DNA of 64,000 bases from Candidatus Accumulibacter iunctus (GCA_002345025.1 DDUX01000154.1:28075-92074), one strand, 5' to 3'. Positions 1-10,404 are shown, counted from the first letter of the stretch. Program-made: numbers and translations. The notes: generated by a model from the sequence alone, not told the origin.

Positions 1-894
1 GGCAAGTTCCAGATCCAGGTTTTCGCCGGCGGCGAGATCGTTCCCGGGCCGGCCGTCTTCGATGCGGTCAAGGACGGCACCGTTGAAATGGGGCATACCG
101 TCTCCTACTACTTCTTCGGCAAGGACCCCACCTACGCGCTGGAGACCGCGGTCCCCTTCGGCATGACCAATCGCATGATGGACGCCTGGATGCGCCATGG
201 CAACGGCGCCAAGCTGCTTGGCGAGTTCTTCGCCAAGTCGAACATCATGACCATTCCCTGCGGCAACACGACGACGCAGATGGGCGGCTGGTACCGCAAG
301 GAAATCAAGACAGTGGCTGACCTCAACGGCCTGAAGATCCGCATCGGCGGCTTCGCCGGCTCCGTTCTCAGCAAGCTCGGCGCCGTGCCGCAGCAGATTC
401 CGGCTGGCGACATCTATCCGGCGCTCGAGAAGGGAACGATCGACGCGGCCGAGTGGATCGGCCCCTACGATGACCAGAAGCTCGGCTTCAACAAGGTCGC
501 CAAGTTCTATTACTATCCGGGATGGTGGGAGGGCGGTCCGCAGGTGTCGGCCTACGTCAACCTGAAGAAGTGGGCAGAGTTGCCGAAGGAGTACCAGACC
601 ATCCTGCAGATCGCCTGTGCCGATGCGCACGTGGACATGGTCGCCAAGTACGATGCCAGGAATCCGACGGCGCTGAAGCAGCTCGTTGGCTCGGGAACGC
701 AGTTGAAGCAGTTCCCGAAGCAAGTCGTGGACGCCTGCTACAAGGCCGCAATGGAGCTTTACGCAGAGACGTCGGCGAAGAACGCCCAGTTCAAGAAGGT
801 GTACGACGACTACAAGAAGTTCATGGACGACCAGATCCTCTGGTTGCGCGTTGCCGAGGGTTCGTACACCAACTACATCTTCAGCAAGCGGTAG
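1..894 (+). CDS. TRAP transporter substrate-binding protein (DctP type), 5' end outside window
   Basis: Frame 1 is open from base 1 (GKFQIQVFAGGEIVPG...) and continuous with ORF 88..894. The sequence pattern is typical of TRAP periplasmic receptors, and the gene is convergent with dctQM-like genes. Confidence 0.8.
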   Translation, partial: GKFQIQVFAGGEIVPGPAVFDAVKDGTVEMGHTVSYYFFGKDPTYALETAVPFGMTNRMMDAWMRHGNGAKLLGEFFAKSNIMTIPCGNTTTQMGGWYRKEIKTVADLNGLKIRIGGFAGSVLSKLGAVPQQIPAGDIYPALEKGTIDAAEWIGPYDDQKLGFNKVAKFYYYPGWWEGGPQVSAYVNLKKWAELPKEYQTILQIACADAHVDMVAKYDARNPTALKQLVGSGTQLKQFPKQVVDACYKAAMELYAETSAKNAQFKKVYDDYKKFMDDQILWLRVAEGSYTNYIFSKR

Positions 895-947
895 GACGTC
901 CTTGCCGCGCGCAGCGGCTACCGGCTGCGCGTTGCCGGAAGGGGTAG

Positions 948-989
948 AGAAAGGGGACCGGGGCACTTCGCCCCGGTCCCCTTTCTTTG
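948..989. terminator. Bidirectional intrinsic terminator between convergent dctP-like and dctM-like genes
   Basis: 17-bp stem (agaaaggggaccggggc / gccccggtcccctttct) with a 5-nt loop. An A-run lies upstream and CTTTCTTTG downstream. Confidence 0.7.
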
Positions 990-1033
990 CTGCAGCATCC
1001 CGGCGACCCCAGCCCGTCGGGCTGACATCAGGG

Positions 1034-2533
1034 CTACTTGGTCTGCTCCTGCTTCATCGCGTCGCGGATGGCCTTGCTCGCCGCATCGTCGGCGTCGGCT
1101 GCCGCGTCCTTGGGCGCTTCCAGTCCGGGCGGGGTTGCCGGTGTGCCGTAGTCTGAGCTCGGCATCTCGATCTGCACCGAATCGAGATCGACCTTGACGT
1201 CCTTGTCGAGGCCGAAGGTGACCAATTGCGGAAAGAAGATGAGGATTGCGACCATGATGATCTGGATGCAGACGAAGGGGATTGCCCCCCAGTAGATGTC
1301 AGTCGTCTTGACCGCGGCCGGCGCCACCGATCGCAGGTAGAAGAGCGCGAAGCCGAACGGCGGATGCATGAACGAAGTCTGCATGTTCACCGCCAGCAGC
1401 ACACCGAACCAGATCAGGTCGATTCCCAGCGCCTGCGCGACCGGTCCGAGCAGTGGCACGACGATGAACGAGAGCTCGAAGAAGTCGAGGAAGAAGGCGA
1501 GCAGGAAGACGAGCACGTTGACGACGATCAGGAAACCGACTTCGCCGCCGGGCAGTCCGGTCAGCAGGTGCTCGACCCAGCGGTGGCCATCGACGCCGTA
1601 GAACGTCAGCGAGAACACGCGAGCGCCGACGAGGATGAAAACGACGAAGGTGGTCAGTTTGGCGGTCGTTTCCATCGCCTGCCGGAGCAGGCTCCAGCTC
1701 AGTCGCCTGCGCGCCAGCGCCATGATCAGTGCGCCGGTGGCACCCATCGCGCCGCCTTCGGTCGGCGTTGCGATGCCGAGGAAGATCGTCCCGAGGACGA
1801 GAAAGATCAGGAACAGCGGTGGCAGCAGCGTTGTCAGCACGCGCATCAGCAGTCTGGCGCCGTGCAGGGTGCGTGCCTCGGCTGGCAATGCAGGTGCCCA
1901 GCGCGGCTTGAAGATGGCGACGAGGATCACGTAGCCGACGTAAAAAACCGTCAGTACCATGGCGGGCAGAAAAGCGCCCTTGTACATGTCGCCGACCGAC
2001 TTGCCGAGCTGGTCGGCCATGATGATCAGCACCAGCGATGGCGGAACGATCTGCGCCAGCGTTCCCGAAGCGGCGATGACACCGGTGGCGAGCTTGGTGT
2101 CGTAGCCGTAGCGCAACATGATCGGCAGCGAGATCAGCCCCATCGAGATGACCGACGCGGCGACGACGCCGGTCGTCGCGGCGAGCAGCGCGCCGACGAA
2201 GATCACCGCCAAGGCGAGGCCGCCGCGCAGCGGCCCGAAGAGCTGGCCGATGGTGTCGAGCAGGTCCTCGGCCATCCCCGAACGTTCGAGGATCAGTCCC
2301 ATGAAGGTGAAGAACGGGATCGCCAGCAGCGTGTCGTTGTTCATGATGCCGAAGATGCGATCCGGCAGGGCCTGGAAGAGCTGCGGTCCGAGCAGCCCGA
2401 GTTCGATGCCGATCAGGCCGAAGAAGATGCCGTTGGCTGCCAGTGCGAAGGCGACCGGGAAGCCGACGAGGAGGAAGAGGACCATCGAGGCGAAGATGAT
2501 CGGTGCCATGTTGGCGATCAGGAAATCGGTCAT
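1034..2533 (-). CDS. TRAP transporter large permease subunit (DctM family) with hydrophilic C-terminal tail
   Basis: 499-aa polytopic membrane protein with a DctM-like sequence. Its start overlaps the stop of the small subunit gene by 1 nt. Confidence 0.85.
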   Translation of the reverse strand: MTDFLIANMAPIIFASMVLFLLVGFPVAFALAANGIFFGLIGIELGLLGPQLFQALPDRIFGIMNNDTLLAIPFFTFMGLILERSGMAEDLLDTIGQLFGPLRGGLALAVIFVGALLAATTGVVAASVISMGLISLPIMLRYGYDTKLATGVIAASGTLAQIVPPSLVLIIMADQLGKSVGDMYKGAFLPAMVLTVFYVGYVILVAIFKPRWAPALPAEARTLHGARLLMRVLTTLLPPLFLIFLVLGTIFLGIATPTEGGAMGATGALIMALARRRLSWSLLRQAMETTAKLTTFVVFILVGARVFSLTFYGVDGHRWVEHLLTGLPGGEVGFLIVVNVLVFLLAFFLDFFELSFIVVPLLGPVAQALGIDLIWFGVLLAVNMQTSFMHPPFGFALFYLRSVAPAAVKTTDIYWGAIPFVCIQIIMVAILIFFPQLVTFGLDKDVKVDLDSVQIEMPSSDYGTPATPPGLEAPKDAAADADDAASKAIRDAMKQEQTK

Positions 2534-3120
2534 CAGATCTCTCCCTTCTGCGCCTTGATCGCCAGCGCCAGCTCTTCCTCAGGTGTCGGCTTGTGGCCCT
2601 TCTCCGTCGGGTCGGGGCAGAGACCCTGGAGGAAGCCGAAGCGCTTGATCAGCTCCGAGATCCCCTGCAGAACCAGCAGGAAAAAACCGATCGGCACCAG
2701 CAGGCGGACCGGCCATACGGCCAGGCCCCCGGCGTTGCTCGACTGTTCATTGCTGTGCAGGGCGAGGAGGAAGATCGGCCACGACATGTACATGATGGCG
2801 ATCGCCATCGGCAGCAGGAAGAAGATGATGCCGAAGATGTCGATCCAGGCCTGGCCGCGGCGACTCAGCCGGCCGGCGATCAGATCGATTCGCACATGTT
2901 CGTTGCGCATCAGCGTGTAGCCGGCGCCGAGCAGGAAGATCGCCGAAAACAGGTACCACTGGATCTCGAGAAAGGCGTTCGAGCTGTAGTTCCAGACGTA
3001 GCGCATCACCGCGTTACCGGCGCCAATCAGGGTGACGACCAGGATGAGCCAGATCAAAGCCTTGCCGACGCGCTCGGTGAGGGCGTCGATCAGGCCGGAG
3101 AGCTTGAGCAAAGCGTTCAC
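2533..3120 (-). CDS. TRAP transporter small permease subunit (DctQ family)
   Basis: 195-aa protein with about four TM segments, immediately upstream of and coupled to the DctM gene. Confidence 0.8.
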   Translation of the reverse strand: MNALLKLSGLIDALTERVGKALIWLILVVTLIGAGNAVMRYVWNYSSNAFLEIQWYLFSAIFLLGAGYTLMRNEHVRIDLIAGRLSRRGQAWIDIFGIIFFLLPMAIAIMYMSWPIFLLALHSNEQSSNAGGLAVWPVRLLVPIGFFLLVLQGISELIKRFGFLQGLCPDPTEKGHKPTPEEELALAIKAQKGEI

Positions 3121-3524
3121 GGGTGTTCCTCCATAAGCGAGCGAAGCTGCCTCTCCTCCTTGCCCCGATCGCTTGCGCCTTGCCTCGTTACGGGCAATTC
3201 ATCGGGTGCTGCCGCCGTACCCGGATGCCGCTGCGAGCCGCGGAACTCCGAGATGTTCGATTATGGCACATCTTTGCCCCATGCAAACGTGCTCGCGGTC
3301 ACCACGAGGATTCCCGCGCCGCAGAACAAATAAGCCGGTAAATCATGAGGATGGACCTTCGCCGGCGACTTCTCCGGCAAGCGTTGCGCGGCTGCCGCGC
3401 AGCCTTGTGAGCACCGGGGGCTGTTTCTGAAGCAGCCGGAGCCAGCTTGGCACGGGTGCCGGCGTGCGCCGCGGGCGCGGCCAGGCGAGCACCGGGACCG
3501 CAGCATGCGGCCCCCGGCGCCCCG

Positions 3525-4862
3525 CTAGAAAAAGCGCCACCCGACGTAAAGACAGGCGATCGCGACGTGGCCCAGCATCAGCGGAAAGGCGATCATCGTG
3601 TAGCGCGCGAAGTGGAACGGGATGCCGTTGCGTTCGGCGATGCCGGCGACGGTGAGGTTGGCGCTGGCACCGATCAGGGTTCCGTTGCCGCCCAGGCAGG
3701 CGCCCAGCGAGAGGCACCACCAGAGTGGCACGAGTGCGTCACTGCCACCGAACGCGGGGGCCATCGACTTGATCAGCGGGATCATCGTCGCCACGAACGG
3801 GATGTTGTCGACGATTGCCGACAGCACTGCCGAGGCCCAGAGGACGCTCATGCCGGTGCGGGTGAAATCGCCGCCGGTGGCGGCCAGCAGCCGGTCGGCC
3901 AGGAGCTGCAGCAAACCCGCATGCTCGACGCCGGCGATGACGATGAACAGGCCGACGAAGAAGAAGATGGTGATCCACTCGACTTCGTTGAACACCTTGA
4001 CCACCGCTGCCGACTGCTCCTCGGCGGACTTGCCGAGGTTGTCGAGCATCAGCAGCAGTGCCGCACCGGCGATGCCGATGGTGCCGGAGTCGAGGCCGAG
4101 CGTCCGTGCCATGACGAAGGCGGACATCACCAGTGCCAGGACGAGTGTCGCCAGGCGCAGCAGGCGTGGATCGCTGATCGCCTGCCTTTCGTCGAACTGC
4201 ATCACACGCGCGCGCAACTCGGGCGAGGCCCGCAGCCGCCTGCCCCAGATCAGGTGCATCGAGACGACATGCACGACCAGGATGACGACGACGACGGGCG
4301 CCAGGTTGAGGACGAAGTCGTTGAACGTCAGTCCGACCTGGCCGCCGATGAGGATGTTCGGCGGATCGCCGATCAGCGTCGCCGTGCCGCCGATGTTCGA
4401 CGCCAGGATCTGCGAGAAGAGGAAGGGGTAGGGATTGACCTTCAGCGCCTCGGTGATGATCAGCGTCACCGGCACGACCAGCAATACCGTGGTGACGTTG
4501 TCGAGCAGCGCCGAGACGACGGCGGTGACCGCCGCGAGCATTGCCAGAATGCCGGCCGGGCTGGCCTTGACGAGCTTAGCGGACCAGATCGCGAGATACT
4601 CGAAAATGCCGCACTTGCGGGTGATCGAGACGATGATCATCATGCCGACGAGCAGCCCGATGGTGTTGAAGTCGATGCCGGCGACTGCCTGCTCCTGTGT
4701 CAACAGACCGAACATGATCATCAGCATGGCGCCGAGCAGGGCGATGATCGAGCGGTTGAGCCGCTCGCTGATGATCACGCCGTAGGTGACGATCATCACC
4801 ACGGTCGACAGCCAGAGCGGATCGAGCCCGAAAAGCACGGTCGAGGTCGTCGCATGCATCAT
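3525..4862 (-). CDS. ArsB/NhaD (SLC13-like) family anion permease
   Basis: 445-aa polytopic protein with motifs such as GGTATLIGDPPNIL and GGNGTLIGASANL, typical of the ArsB/NhaD permease superfamily. Confidence 0.75.
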   Translation of the reverse strand: MMHATTSTVLFGLDPLWLSTVVMIVTYGVIISERLNRSIIALLGAMLMIMFGLLTQEQAVAGIDFNTIGLLVGMMIIVSITRKCGIFEYLAIWSAKLVKASPAGILAMLAAVTAVVSALLDNVTTVLLVVPVTLIITEALKVNPYPFLFSQILASNIGGTATLIGDPPNILIGGQVGLTFNDFVLNLAPVVVVILVVHVVSMHLIWGRRLRASPELRARVMQFDERQAISDPRLLRLATLVLALVMSAFVMARTLGLDSGTIGIAGAALLLMLDNLGKSAEEQSAAVVKVFNEVEWITIFFFVGLFIVIAGVEHAGLLQLLADRLLAATGGDFTRTGMSVLWASAVLSAIVDNIPFVATMIPLIKSMAPAFGGSDALVPLWWCLSLGACLGGNGTLIGASANLTVAGIAERNGIPFHFARYTMIAFPLMLGHVAIACLYVGWRFF

Positions 4863-5341
4863 CTCATCCTCCCGAGGCGGGCCAGCACATCCCAGACCGA
4901 GACGATTCCGATGAGCTGGCGGTGCTCGACGACAGGCAGGATGTTGCGCTGCCGGTGGAGATAGAGCATGGCGTTCATCAGCGTGCTGTCTGGCCCGATC
5001 ACCGGCACCTCGGGGTCGATGTGCCGGCTGACCGGATCGTCGGCGACGGCGTCGATCCGCTCCTGCAGATTGGCCAGGGTGTCCTGCATGAAGCTCCCCT
5101 GCAGGCGGCTCAAGGGATGCTGCGCATCCTCCAGTCGGAGCACGCGCGGCATGGCGAGGGCGATCAGCCGGCTGCGCGGCAGCATGCCGACGTAGTGGCC
5201 ATCATCTTCGGCGACCGGCAGTGCCGGCAGGCGGTGGTGGACCATCGCCTGCAGGGCGGCGAGCAGCGGGTCCGTGGGTTTCAGCACGACCGGTGGTTGC
5301 GACATGACCGATCGACAGAGGTTGTCGGCATCAGGTTTCAT
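4859..5341 (-). CDS. CBS domain-containing protein
   Basis: CBS-pair-like sequence (MSQPPVVLKPTDPLLAALQAMVHHRLPALPV..., ...ILPVVEHRQLIGIVSVWDV). I chose the ATG at 5341 because it has a GGAG 7 nt upstream. There is a 4-nt ATGA overlap with the permease. The longer ORF start at 5506 would overlap the RND gene. Confidence 0.7.
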   Translation of the reverse strand: MKPDADNLCRSVMSQPPVVLKPTDPLLAALQAMVHHRLPALPVAEDDGHYVGMLPRSRLIALAMPRVLRLEDAQHPLSRLQGSFMQDTLANLQERIDAVADDPVSRHIDPEVPVIGPDSTLMNAMLYLHRQRNILPVVEHRQLIGIVSVWDVLARLGRMR

Positions 5342-5502
5342 GATTCTCCTGGAGTCGGGAAAGAGGCTGGGTGGGAACGTTGCCGCGGCGCCGCGAGGGT
5401 CGGGGCGTGTCCGTCGACTGGTGCCGGGAAGCATCCCGGACGTACGGACTGCAGCTTGAGCGAGGTCGTTGCAGGCAGTATGCCGAGGCCGTCGCGTGGC
5501 TG

Positions 5503-8500
5503 TCAACCGCTCGCGCCGTGGTCGCGCGCGGCAGCCGGGCTGATCCGATAGCAGGCGGCATAGAGTGCCGGCAGGAAGAGCAGCGTCAGCAGCGTGGCGA
5601 CGATCAGCCCACCCATGATCGCCACCGCCATCGGGCCCCAGAAGACGCTGCGTGTCAGCGGGATCATCGCCAGGATGGAGGCGGCGGCGGTCAGCATGAT
5701 CGGCCGGAAGCGGCGCACGGTCGAGCCGACGATCGCCTCCCAGGGCGGCATGCCGGCCTTCCGGTCCTGCTCGATCTGGTCGACCAGAATCACCGAGTTG
5801 CGCATGATCATTCCGGAGAGCGCGATGACTCCGAGGTTGGCGACAAAACCGAAGGGAACCTGGAAGATCAGCAATGCCGCTGCCACGCCGATCAGTCCGA
5901 GCGGTGCCGTCAGCAGCACGAGCAGCATGCGGCCGACGTTCTGCAACTGGATCATCAGCAGCGTGATGACGCTGACCAGCATCAGCGGCATCACCGCCTT
6001 GATCGAATTCTCGCCCTTCGCCGACTCTTCGGTGGCGCCCCCGGCCTCGATGCGAAAGCCCGGCGGCAGGCGTTCACGCAGCGGGTCGAGCAGTGGATCG
6101 ATGCGCGCCGTCGCGGCGGGCGCCTGCATGCCGTCACGGATGTCGGCGCGCACCGTCACCGTCGGCAGCCGGTTGCGGCGGGCGATCACCGGCTCTTCGA
6201 GTTCGTAGCTGATCTTCGCCAGTTGCGCCAGCGGCACGTAGCGGCCGCTGCCGGTGTGGATGTTGATGTCGGCCAACGCCGAGATGCGGGCACGCTCGTC
6301 GCCGGCGGCGCGCGCGACGACGTCGATCAACTGGTCGCCCTCGCGCATCTGGGTCACCGCGATGCCGGTCAGCATCGAGTTGAGGAAGGCGGCGAGTTCC
6401 TGTGAGCTGATTCCCAGGGCGCGCGCGCGGTCCTGGTCGATGTCGACGCGGATCGACTTGCCGAGTTCGTTCCAGTCGAAATTGACCTCCTTCAGGTGCG
6501 GGCTGCCGCGCATCACCGCGGCCACCTCGGCCGCCACCCGCCGCAACTCGCCAATGTCCTCACCGGAGACGCGGAAGACGACCGGGAAACCAACCGGCGG
6601 GCCGTTCTCGAGGCGCAGCACCCGCGTGCGCAGGCCGCTCCATTCGCCGCCTTCGTCGGCGAAGCGTTGCTCGAGGCGGCGCCGCAGATCCTCGCGTGCC
6701 GCGATGTCGTGCGTCGTGATGACGAATTGTGCAAAGCCGTCGTTGAACAGTTGCTGGTCGAGCGGCAGGTAGAAGCGCGGGCTGCCGTTGCCGACATAGC
6801 TCGCGTAATGGCGGATCGAACGCGCCATGTCCGGCTCGGCGAGGAGTTCCTCGACGCGCCGGGCGTAGGCCTCGGTTGCTTTCAGCGATGAGCCGTTCGG
6901 CAGCCACAGGTCGACCAGCACCTCGGACCGGCTCGAGGCGGGGAAGAACTGTTTCTGCACGCCGAGGCTCAGCCCGGCCAGGGCGGCCACGAAAGCCAGC
7001 AGCGTCGCGCCGATGACCAGCCAGCGATGGCGCAGACACCACTCGACACTGCCTCGCACGCGACGATAGAACGGCGTCTGGTAGGGATCCGCGCCATGCT
7101 CTGCCGCCGCCCGTTGCAGCTTCGCGGCGTCGAGCACGAGATAGCCCAGATAGGGGGTGAAGACCACCGCCACCACCCAGGACACCAGCAGGGCGATGCT
7201 GACGACGGCGAAGATGGAAAAGGTGTACTCGCCGGCACCCGAGCGGGCGAGGCCCACCGGCATGAAACCGACGGCGGTGATCAGCGTGCCGGTCAACATC
7301 GGAAAGGCGGTCGAGGTATAGGCGAAGGTCGCGGCGCGGAAGCGATCCCAACCCTGCTCCATCTTCACCACCATCATCTCGACGGCGATGATTGCATCGT
7401 CTACGAGCAGCCCGAGGGCAATCACCAGGGCGCCGAGAGAGATGCGCTGCAGATCGATGCCGAAGGCGTACATGAGCAGGAAGGTCACCGCCAGCACCAG
7501 CGGGATCGACAGCGCGACGACGGCGCCGGTGCGCAGGCCGAGGCTGATGAAGGAAACCACGAGGACGATCACCACCGCCTCGGCGAGCGACGACATGAAG
7601 AGGTTCATCGACTGGCGGACGATCTCCGGCTGGTCGGCGACGACATGCAGGTCGATGCCGACCGGCAACTGCCGCTGCAGGCGTTCGCGTGCGGCGTGCA
7701 GCCGTTCGCCGAGCCGGATCACGTCGCCACCGCGGTTCATCGCGATGCCGATGCCGATCGCATCGTGTCCCTGCACCCGCATGCGCGGCGTCGGCGGATC
7801 GGCGAAGCCACGCTCGACGCTGGCGATGTCCCCAAGGCGGAAGAGGCGACCGGCGGCCTGGATGCCGATTTCGCGAATGTTTTCCACCGACTCGAAGTCT
7901 CCCGAGACGCGGATGCGAACGCGGTCGGAAGGTGTCTCGTAGAAACCGGAGGGAGTCATCGCGTTCTGCCGCTGCAGGGCATCGAAGATGGCGAGCGGGT
8001 TGAGCCCGAGCGTTGCCAGCTTGGCGTGCGACACTTCGATGTAGATCCTCTCGTCCTGCACGCCGAACAACTCGATCTTCTTCACGTCCGGCAGCTGCCG
8101 CAGTTCGCGGCCGATGCGGTCGGCTTCGCGGCGCAGGGCGGCGAGGTCGAAACCGTCGCCGGTGAGCGCGAAGATGGTGACGAAGGTGTCGCCGAACTCG
8201 TCGTTGAGGAAAGGGCCGACGACGCCCTGCGGCAGCGTGTGCCGCATGTCACCGATCTTCTTGCGCACCTGGTACCAGGAATCGGGGACTTCCTTCTTCG
8301 GCGTGTAGTCCTTCAGCAGCACGGTGATCAGCGACTCGCCGGGCCGCGTCTGCGAGCGCAGCACGTCGACCCACGGTACTTCCTGCAGTTTCTTCTCGAT
8401 GCGTTCGGTGATCTGCAACTGCACTTCCGGCGCCGTCGCTCCCGGCCACAGCGTGCGCACGACCATCGCCTTGAAGGTGAAGTCCGGGTCCTCGGCGCGG

Positions 8501-8607
8501 CCGAGCCGGAAGTACGAGAAGACGCCTGCGAGCATCAGCACGACCATCAGGTAGGCAACGAGCGAGCGGTGGCGCAGCGCCCACTCGGAGAGATTGGGCG
8601 GCGTCAT
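5503..8607 (-). CDS. RND efflux transporter permease (AcrB/HAE family)
   Basis: 1034 aa of typical RND length and sequence (MTPPNLSEWALRHRSLVAYLMVVL...), in an operon with MFP and TetR genes. Confidence 0.9.
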   Translation of the reverse strand: MTPPNLSEWALRHRSLVAYLMVVLMLAGVFSYFRLGRAEDPDFTFKAMVVRTLWPGATAPEVQLQITERIEKKLQEVPWVDVLRSQTRPGESLITVLLKDYTPKKEVPDSWYQVRKKIGDMRHTLPQGVVGPFLNDEFGDTFVTIFALTGDGFDLAALRREADRIGRELRQLPDVKKIELFGVQDERIYIEVSHAKLATLGLNPLAIFDALQRQNAMTPSGFYETPSDRVRIRVSGDFESVENIREIGIQAAGRLFRLGDIASVERGFADPPTPRMRVQGHDAIGIGIAMNRGGDVIRLGERLHAARERLQRQLPVGIDLHVVADQPEIVRQSMNLFMSSLAEAVVIVLVVSFISLGLRTGAVVALSIPLVLAVTFLLMYAFGIDLQRISLGALVIALGLLVDDAIIAVEMMVVKMEQGWDRFRAATFAYTSTAFPMLTGTLITAVGFMPVGLARSGAGEYTFSIFAVVSIALLVSWVVAVVFTPYLGYLVLDAAKLQRAAAEHGADPYQTPFYRRVRGSVEWCLRHRWLVIGATLLAFVAALAGLSLGVQKQFFPASSRSEVLVDLWLPNGSSLKATEAYARRVEELLAEPDMARSIRHYASYVGNGSPRFYLPLDQQLFNDGFAQFVITTHDIAAREDLRRRLEQRFADEGGEWSGLRTRVLRLENGPPVGFPVVFRVSGEDIGELRRVAAEVAAVMRGSPHLKEVNFDWNELGKSIRVDIDQDRARALGISSQELAAFLNSMLTGIAVTQMREGDQLIDVVARAAGDERARISALADINIHTGSGRYVPLAQLAKISYELEEPVIARRNRLPTVTVRADIRDGMQAPAATARIDPLLDPLRERLPPGFRIEAGGATEESAKGENSIKAVMPLMLVSVITLLMIQLQNVGRMLLVLLTAPLGLIGVAAALLIFQVPFGFVANLGVIALSGMIMRNSVILVDQIEQDRKAGMPPWEAIVGSTVRRFRPIMLTAAASILAMIPLTRSVFWGPMAVAIMGGLIVATLLTLLFLPALYAACYRISPAAARDHGASG

Positions 8608-9707
8608 CGCGCCGCCGGATCGGCCGCGCGGCTGCCCGGCGGCGTGCCGCGGCGGTCGGGTTGCTCGATGACGCGCACGCGTTCGCCGCTGCTCAGCTTG
8701 TGCACGCCGGCGACGACGATCCGCTCACCGGCGGCGGCGCCGCTGGCGAGAATCGCGCTGTCCTCGCGGTAGGCGGCGATGGCGACCGGCCGCAGGCTGA
8801 CGATCTGATCCGCGTCGACCACCCAGAGGGCCGGTTGTCCCGCGTGCTGGAAGACCGCCGTCAGCGGCACGCTCAGGCGGCTGCTGCCTTCCTGGCGCAG
8901 GAAGCGGACCGTCGCCGTCATGCCGAGCAGGACGCGGGCATCGGGCTGGCGGATCGCCACCCGTGCCGCATAGGTGCGTGTCACCGGGTCGGCCACTGGC
9001 GACAGCTCTCGCAGCGTTCCGGCGTAGTGCGCCTGCGCGTCGGCCCAGAGGCTGATTTCGGCGGCGCCGAGCGAACGCAGCTCGGGCATGCGCGCCTCGG
9101 GAATCGAGATCGCCACCTCGAGCGTGTCGGCGCGCGCCAGGCGCATGATGGTCTGGCCGGCGGCCACCACCTGTCCGACCTCGCCGGTGATCAGGCCGAT
9201 GACGCCGGCCTGGTCGGCGCGCAGCACGGTGTACGAGGACTGATTGCGCGCCAGTTCGGCCTGTGCGCGGGCCGCCCGGTAGGCGCTTTCCTTGCCGTCG
9301 AGCGCCGCCTGGCTGACGAAGTTCTGCGCGCGCAGATGGCGCCAGCGCTGCACGTCGGCAGCGGCGAGTTCGAGTTGCGCACTGGCGGCTTCGACGGACA
9401 GCAGGCTGTCCGCCGGGTCGATCCTCGCCAGGACCTGCCCTGCCGTGACGATGGCGCCGGCATCGACCGGCCGGGCCGTGATCTTGCCCGGAATGCGGAA
9501 GGCGAGCGGTGTTTCGTGGCGCGAGCGGACCTCACCCGAATAGCTCAGGGTCTCGTCGCCGGCGGTCTCGCCGAGGACGCGTGTCAGTACCGGTCGCGGT
9601 GGTTCGGGTGCTGCTGCTTCCCGGCCGCAGCCGGCGAGCGCAGCGAACAGCAGCAGCGCGGGCAACAGCCGCAGGCGCAGCGGCGATGACGCGTGGCGGA
9701 CTCTCAC
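8604..9707 (-). CDS. RND efflux periplasmic adaptor (membrane fusion protein), lipoprotein
   Basis: HlyD/AcrA-like sequence. I chose the GTG start at 9707 (GGGAGA upstream), which gives the signal VRVRHASSPLRLRLLPALLLFAALAGC with a lipobox. It forms a GTGA overlap with the tetR stop. Confidence 0.8.
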   Translation of the reverse strand: MRVRHASSPLRLRLLPALLLFAALAGCGREAAAPEPPRPVLTRVLGETAGDETLSYSGEVRSRHETPLAFRIPGKITARPVDAGAIVTAGQVLARIDPADSLLSVEAASAQLELAAADVQRWRHLRAQNFVSQAALDGKESAYRAARAQAELARNQSSYTVLRADQAGVIGLITGEVGQVVAAGQTIMRLARADTLEVAISIPEARMPELRSLGAAEISLWADAQAHYAGTLRELSPVADPVTRTYAARVAIRQPDARVLLGMTATVRFLRQEGSSRLSVPLTAVFQHAGQPALWVVDADQIVSLRPVAIAAYREDSAILASGAAAGERIVVAGVHKLSSGERVRVIEQPDRRGTPPGSRAADPAAR

Positions 9708-10375
9708 GAATGGTCTCCCGCCGGCCGCAGGCCGCACAGCAGCAACTCGAAATGCGTCTCGAGGTAGGCCTCGGGCGACACCTCGTGCCCGCACAGGCGC
9801 AGCGAGAAGCGCGAGATCGCCAGCATCAGCAGCGGCGCGATGATCACGTCGATCGCCGCCTCGACATTCAACGGTCGAAACTCGCCACTTTCGATGCCAC
9901 GTTCGAGCGCCTGCCGCAACAGCGCATGGCCGCGGCTGATCACCCGCTCGCGGTAGTAATCGGCGATCTCGGGGAAGTTCCTCGCTTCTGAAATGATCAG
10001 ATTGCTGACGCCGGCCAGCGCAGTGCTGCCGATCTGCTGCCACCAGCCGAGCAGCAGCTCGTGCAGCAGCTCGGCAGCCGGTCCCCGATGGGCCGCGATT
10101 CGTTCCTCGGCAGCCAGCAGCGCCGCCACCATGCCGTCCTCGATCACCGCCTTGAACAGCGCTTCCTTGCTCGGGAAGTAGAGATAGAGGGTGCCCTTCG
10201 AGACCCCGGCGCGGCGCGCGACATCGTCGAGCCGGGTGGCAGCGAAACCCTTGTCGACAAAGAGTTCCAATCCCGCTGCCAGCAGTTCGGAGGGGCGCGC
10301 GTCCTTGCGCCGGCGGCGAGTCGAAGCCTCACCCGGCGAGGGGGACGAAGACTCGTGATGGGCCGTGGGATGCAT
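9704..10375 (-). CDS. TetR/AcrR family transcriptional regulator
   Basis: N-terminal TetR HTH (ELLAAGLELFVDKGFAATRLDDVARRAGVSKGTLYLYFPSKEALF). First gene of the efflux operon. Confidence 0.9.
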   Translation of the reverse strand: MHPTAHHESSSPSPGEASTRRRRKDARPSELLAAGLELFVDKGFAATRLDDVARRAGVSKGTLYLYFPSKEALFKAVIEDGMVAALLAAEERIAAHRGPAAELLHELLLGWWQQIGSTALAGVSNLIISEARNFPEIADYYRERVISRGHALLRQALERGIESGEFRPLNVEAAIDVIIAPLLMLAISRFSLRLCGHEVSPEAYLETHFELLLCGLRPAGDHS

Positions 10376-10390
10376 TCGTTCTGGTTAGTG

Positions 10391-10404
10391 ACTGACTGGT
10401 CAGT
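10391..10404. promoter_or_regulatory. Candidate TetR operator (inverted repeat ACTGAC-TG-GTCAGT) in the tetR promoter region
   Basis: Perfect 6+6 inverted repeat 16-29 nt upstream of the tetR ATG, adjacent to a TATATT -10-like hexamer on the minus strand. Confidence 0.4.

Noticed and set aside
771-787. The orphan mini-array spacer shares a 13-nt exact match (CGGCGAAGAACGC; 16/17 when extended) with the dctP-like gene. It falls at the seed-proximal end of the putative crRNA, which is reminiscent of CreA-type partial self-targeting.
   Set aside because: By my rough estimate a 13-mer hit is not significant for a 34-nt query against 128 kb of GC-rich sequence. The flanking bases (CTGG) do not form the TTC PAM of I-C systems. 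No cognate effector is present in the window.
1226-2920. Very long antisense or shadow ORFs opposite real genes. This 564-aa ORF is one; others are 3447..4964, 7027..8772, 37588..38907, 40002..41474, 41511..43577, 46045..47928 and 62062..63801.
   Set aside because: Their composition is Arg/Asp/His/Gln-rich low-complexity sequence, typical of the reverse strand of high-GC coding regions. In every case the opposite strand carries a recognisable protein family.
8604-10043. N-terminal extensions of ORFs as listed in the track (MFP to 10043, cas8e from 19011, hemB to 59039, MCP to 46298, AI-2E from 35451, cytochrome c to 42175, and others).
   Set aside because: The extensions overlap upstream genes, have junk-like composition, and an internal start with an RBS or signal peptide fits the family N-terminus. 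Shorter coordinates were used.
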